This document shows, piece by piece, positions 59,444-64,000 of a stretch of 64,000 nucleotides of DNA. A program made the translations under genes and the position numbers. Origin of the DNA: the human T2T-CHM13v2.0 reference genome, Homo sapiens; NCBI RefSeq assembly GCF_009914755.1, contig NC_060942.1. The stretch is one strand, 5' to 3'. The notes beneath the pieces were generated by a model. It did not search any database. It was not told the origin of the DNA and saw only the letters and a list, made by a program, of their open reading frames with translations. Numbering within the stretch: the first letter of the stretch is position 1; the number at the start of each line of letters is the position of its first letter.

Positions 59444-61234
59444 TCACTGGAGTTCTCCTTTGGAATCTCTTGATTATTCTGCTGTGGCTTCCTTGGGCCA
59501 ACTAGGATACAGAGGAGAATAAATGAGTAACTCAGTGAGACAGGTGGCCTGATGTGAGTGGGCCTGAAAGTTAGCCCCTGATGTCCTGGCTGGTTTCATG
59601 CCATGTCCTAAACGGGCACTTTCCTGGTCTCTAGGCATCACCATGTTTTGACAGGAAGCTTAGTTTCTTTCAGGATGGAGGATGGAATCAATTGTATTTC
59701 AAGAAGCCTGTTTTTTATGCCCTGACAATTTTAGAACTGTGGACTGTTCTGACACTTTTGAGTACAGTGATTAAATCTCTGTGAAGGGACAGGTCATGAA
59801 ATCAAATAAAAGGACGGATCATAATTGAGCTGGAAGGGGGCCCTCCTATCTCTGATTTGACTCGTTGCTACACTTTAGTATTCGGAAACTTTGTATTGGT
59901 TCCCTTAAGTGCCTGCACAACCTCCCTATTTCTGGAAACCATTCAGTGTTTGTTTTAATGTTAAGCATTATGCCACGTATCCAGTAAGCAGAGCAGAGTA
60001 AATTCCTCCAGGTAGCAAGAGACTGGAATTTCCCCCAGGCAGATCAGCTTTTCACAGGTTCCTAGAGTTTACACAGCCTTCTTTTGTGACTTAATTTTTG
60101 TAGATCACAGTGAGTCAAGTGACTTTTACTTCCCTGTATAATAACTTTGAGGAGCCTACTTGCAACCCACATCATCACTCATTATCTTGCTTACTTCTTT
60201 CTTGGGGGTTAGATGGGCTGGGGTTGTTATTAAGCATGTTAAATACTTTGAAATTCAAATCGTTTCTGATAGATTTAGTTTCTCTTTCTTCTATTGGTCA
60301 TTCGAGAGCTGGTAGACTTTTAAAATACATTTAATGACTCACACATGTCATAACTCATCCATTTCCTTGACATTTTCAAGCGTGATAATAAATCCTACTT
60401 CTTAGGCTTTTTTTTTTTTTTTTTTCTCTCTCTCATGTTCTTTTCAAATGCATGGCTAGGTAGTTACCTCATGAAGGAAAACAACTGTTTTGGTCCAGAT
60501 TTTAAAAATTGAGTTGAATAGAAAAGGTGGGGTGGAACCAGCAATACTGAAATGTAATAATGTATATTAAGCTCCAACCAAACAATCCAGCACTTCTTCA
60601 AATCCAGGAGGTCTTCTGGCTAGGAGTTACATTGCAGAACTAACATGGACTCTTAAACTTTGTAAGGAATTAGTCACAGTTGAACACTGGAAACTATCAG
60701 CATACCTCTGGGCTTCTTTTATATGGTCTTCCTCATGAGTTAAAATGCCTTAAGCATAGTATCTGTTCCATAGGACCTTACTGATTATGCTTTTCCACTT
60801 GAATAAAAGAGATATTAAGTTGTAATAAAACTTTAAATATTTTAATTTAGTTTGAATATTTAAGTTGAATTAACCTCTTACTACAGTAATTATCTTTTTT
60901 GCTAACTTCTTACTACGGTAATTATCTGCTTTTATAAAATCCAGAAACGATGTTATACACATTAGCACGCATTATTAGGTGCCCAAATGCCAAGGCTAAG
61001 GACACAGCAATGCTAAGGACACAGTGTGCCTCCGGCCTGCTTGCACCCTCGGTTGAAATTATATTAGCAAGAGAAGCTCCTGCATTCTGCAGTATGGCAT
61101 TTTTCTCCAGCTAATGTATGCAGGGGTCATTTTTAAATGTTAGATTCACAGATTTGCAGAGCTGTGAGTTGCCTTGGAAATTATGCTGGCCAGTTCCTTT
61201 AATTTTAAAGATGAGGAAAGTGAGAACTTTCCTT

Positions 61235-61565
61235 TTTAAAAATTGATACATAATAGTTGTACCTGTTTATGGGGGTACATGTGATATCTTGTACCTGTTT
61301 ATGGGGGTACATGTGATATCTTGTTAACATGCATACAGTGTGTAATGATCAAATCATTACATACTGAAATATTTGAAATATCTGTCACTGCAGACATTTG
61401 TGGCATCTGTGTGTTAAGAACATCCCAAATCTTGTCTTCTGGCTGTTTTGAAATGTATAGTAACTTCTTATTAACTGTCGTGCTGAGGACATGGACTACT
61501 GTGCTGTTGAACACTAGAACTTACTCCTTCATCTGACCGTATTTTCGTACCCATTTACCAACCCT
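61235..61565 (-). mobile_element. L1MA-like 3' end fragment
   Basis: ttgatacataatagttgtac...tgtgtaatgatcaaatca...gaacactagaactta...gtacccatt resembles antisense L1MA 3' UTR. Confidence 0.75.
61257..61324. repeat. Perfect 32-bp tandem duplication
   Basis: ttgtacctgtttatgggggtacatgtgatatc at 61257-61288 and 61289-61320, followed by ttgt. Confidence 0.95.
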
Positions 61566-62327
61566 GAGAGCTTTACTTTTGCAGTAATAGAGAATATTCT
61601 TTTTCTCTCTTGAGTATGAAATAATTATTTTTGAATAATCACTGCACGTGAAGCCCTATCCTTCTTGACGTTGGACATATAAATACTTAGGGAGCTTGGT
61701 TTATAGAGCTTTCAGTTTCACAAACAGATGGGACAGCTGAGGTGAGGCCTGCCTAGCAGAAGAAGCCTTACTCCTGATAGCAGGCACTAAGCAAGGCATT
61801 GGGTGACAGATTGCTTATGCACAGGCTGGGAGGGACAGGAACTGTGTCATGGAGGGGCAAGACTGGAACTAGATGCTGAAAAGTGACCAGATTTGTCTCA
61901 GTGGGCCAGTGGGAGGGGCCTCATTGAAAGACTGAAGGTAGATGTGCCTCCCAGGGATGTGGTGGTCATATTGGCTCCAAATTGCCTTGTTCATTATTAG
62001 CAGGTTTCAGCAAATTATTTTTCATGTGAAACGTTGCTGAAGATTTCTTGGGTGTGGCTGTCATCACAAACAATTCCTCTCTTTTCCATCAAATGTGGAG
62101 TTGGATGAATTCCTTCCTTGCTGGCCTGCCTTCCACAAAGCTGCTCTCTGAACACCTGCCAGGCCATGCTGAGGACAAGGAAATACCAAGGCACAGTTTC
62201 TGCCATTTAATGGTGGTAGCAGAGACCCAGGAATGCAATGGATTATTGTCACTTTCATTATAACATCATAGTGTAGGATCATAACTGGAACAGAGAGGAT
62301 GAAGCTTTCTTTTGGGGAATTGAGGGA

Positions 62328-62608
62328 GGGAGACAGGGTCTTGCTCTGTTGCCCAGGCTGGAGTACGGTGGCGTTAAGATGGCTCACTGCCACCTCCACC
62401 TCCCAGGCTCAAGTGATCCTCCCACCTCAGACTCCCAAGTAGCTGGACCACAGGTACATGTCAACACACGCAGCTAATTTTTTAGTTTTTGTAGAGATGG
62501 GGGTCTTACTATGTTGCCCAGGCTGGTCTCAAACCCCTGGCCTCAAGCAGTCCTCCTGCCTTGGCCTCCCAAAGTGCTGGGTTTACAGGCATGAGACACT
62601 GTATCCAA
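62328..62608 (-). mobile_element. AluJ-like element
   Basis: Reverse-complement Alu consensus. Confidence 0.9.
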
Positions 62609-64000
62609 CTAAGTAGGCTTTATTTATGGAGTTTATAAAGAAACTGTTTATATATACAGGGGAGAATTTATCCTGAAGAAAAACTAAAGAAATGAATATT
62701 TTAAATACGTCTCTGCATTTCTTTTTGTTGGATATGACATTTATGTAAGAAAAATGCTAATCTGTATGATATGAGACATGTTAACTACATATGGTACATG
62801 TATTTAAATATCATATGTATTTAGATTTAGCAACAAAAAGGGAAATATAAACCATATTTCCACCATTTGAACAAATCGTATTCAATTATATGTGCATATA
62901 ACCATTTGAAAAAATTATAATGTTGATCGGATCTGCAACCTAAACCAAGTGCCAAATTAAATTCAGGATAGATAATTTCATATAAAATGTTTCACATCAT
63001 AGAAAAAGCAGTGAAAATTGAGTATCAGATCTGTGAAGGATGATACATTTCTAACCTTAGAAGCAGAAAAGGAAATCACAGAAGTTGGATAGATTCAGCC
63101 ATATAAAAGTATTAAATTTCTGAACCATGAAAAAAATAACTAAAATGAGGGAAACACCAGATGTTTTTCTTAGTGATTCATGTAAGTTCTCATATGTATA
63201 TCTTTTCAGTGTCTAATTATGTGCATATTTTGGCCAGTGGGTTTGTATCTCTGTAGAAAGTTCTAGTAAATACTGGAGAAATACTGAGGTTCCCCCACTC
63301 CAGCTCTTTCACTCCATTGCAAAGTAGGTCTTGTAGGTGAATCACACAAACGGATTAACAAGAAAGACAGAAATGTCCAGCTCCCAGGTTCTTCATTATG
63401 CTGTTGTGTTGTGCCAATAGAAAATACAATATATCAAATTGGAGAACTTGTGGTTGAAAATAATATACGCAGATTGCTGGTGGCAGTATTCATGGATGTG
63501 ACTTTGGAGTGATTTTTAAACACTTAAGTATTTTTAAATGATAAGACCAATTATAGGTACTAAGAGTCTTGTGTTTTGAAGTGTTGGAGTTAATCCAGAT
63601 AAAGTTACAAATCTAAGCAGACACCTTATTAAGAGATCATTATTCTCTGCTTTTAAAGTGGACTTGCTTTCTATATAGTTATGAAGAACAGATAGAAATG
63701 TTTTAAGATTACTGGCTACTATTAAAATAATCTGGTGACTGCAGTTATATCTGGGTCTAAGGCATTAGACTTTTTGGAAAATGGATGCTTTTAATCTTTC
63801 CTTCCGTATATTTGTCACCCAGAATTTTAAAATTTGGAAATTTCATTCATTCAGTCCAGATAGAGAATTGATCAATTGGCAATTTTATTATTTTTCGCTC
63901 ATGAAAAACTCTAGGGTTACAAGAATATGCTCCTGAAGTTAACATAGTTACTTTTAAAATGTCTCAATTCTAATGGTTAGGTATTAGTCCTCTGAGTTCC

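Noticed and set aside
60871-61324. 32-bp periodic repeats as a possible CRISPR-like array
   Set aside because: Only two adjacent copies each, no unique spacers, eukaryotic intron.

Overview
Primate, most likely human, genomic DNA from the interior of NEDD4L (NEDD4-2, a HECT E3 ubiquitin ligase), transcribed on the + strand. Three small C2-domain exons are readable with canonical splice sites: 42174-42255, 45646-45684 and 48748-48801. Together they encode [58 protein letters not shown]. The rest is intron rich in Alu, L1, MaLR LTR, MIR, L2 and MER relics. The main finding is a CpG-island exon after the third C2 exon, with a Kozak ATG at 52388 and a phase-0 donor at 53521/53522. It encodes a 378-aa low-complexity N-terminus rich in 14-3-3/basophilic kinase motifs. 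It resembles, from recalled sequence, the long N-terminal extension of the paralog NEDD4-1 and sits at the equivalent intron position, so it would replace most of the C2 domain. Other observations are a TATA/Inr non-coding first exon (about 18304-18490), a 1.1-kb homopyrimidine tract, a locally templated insertion with flanking duplication, two long hairpins, nested transposons and clustered short tandem duplications. Repeat boundaries and subfamily names are by eye and approximate; no database searches were run.
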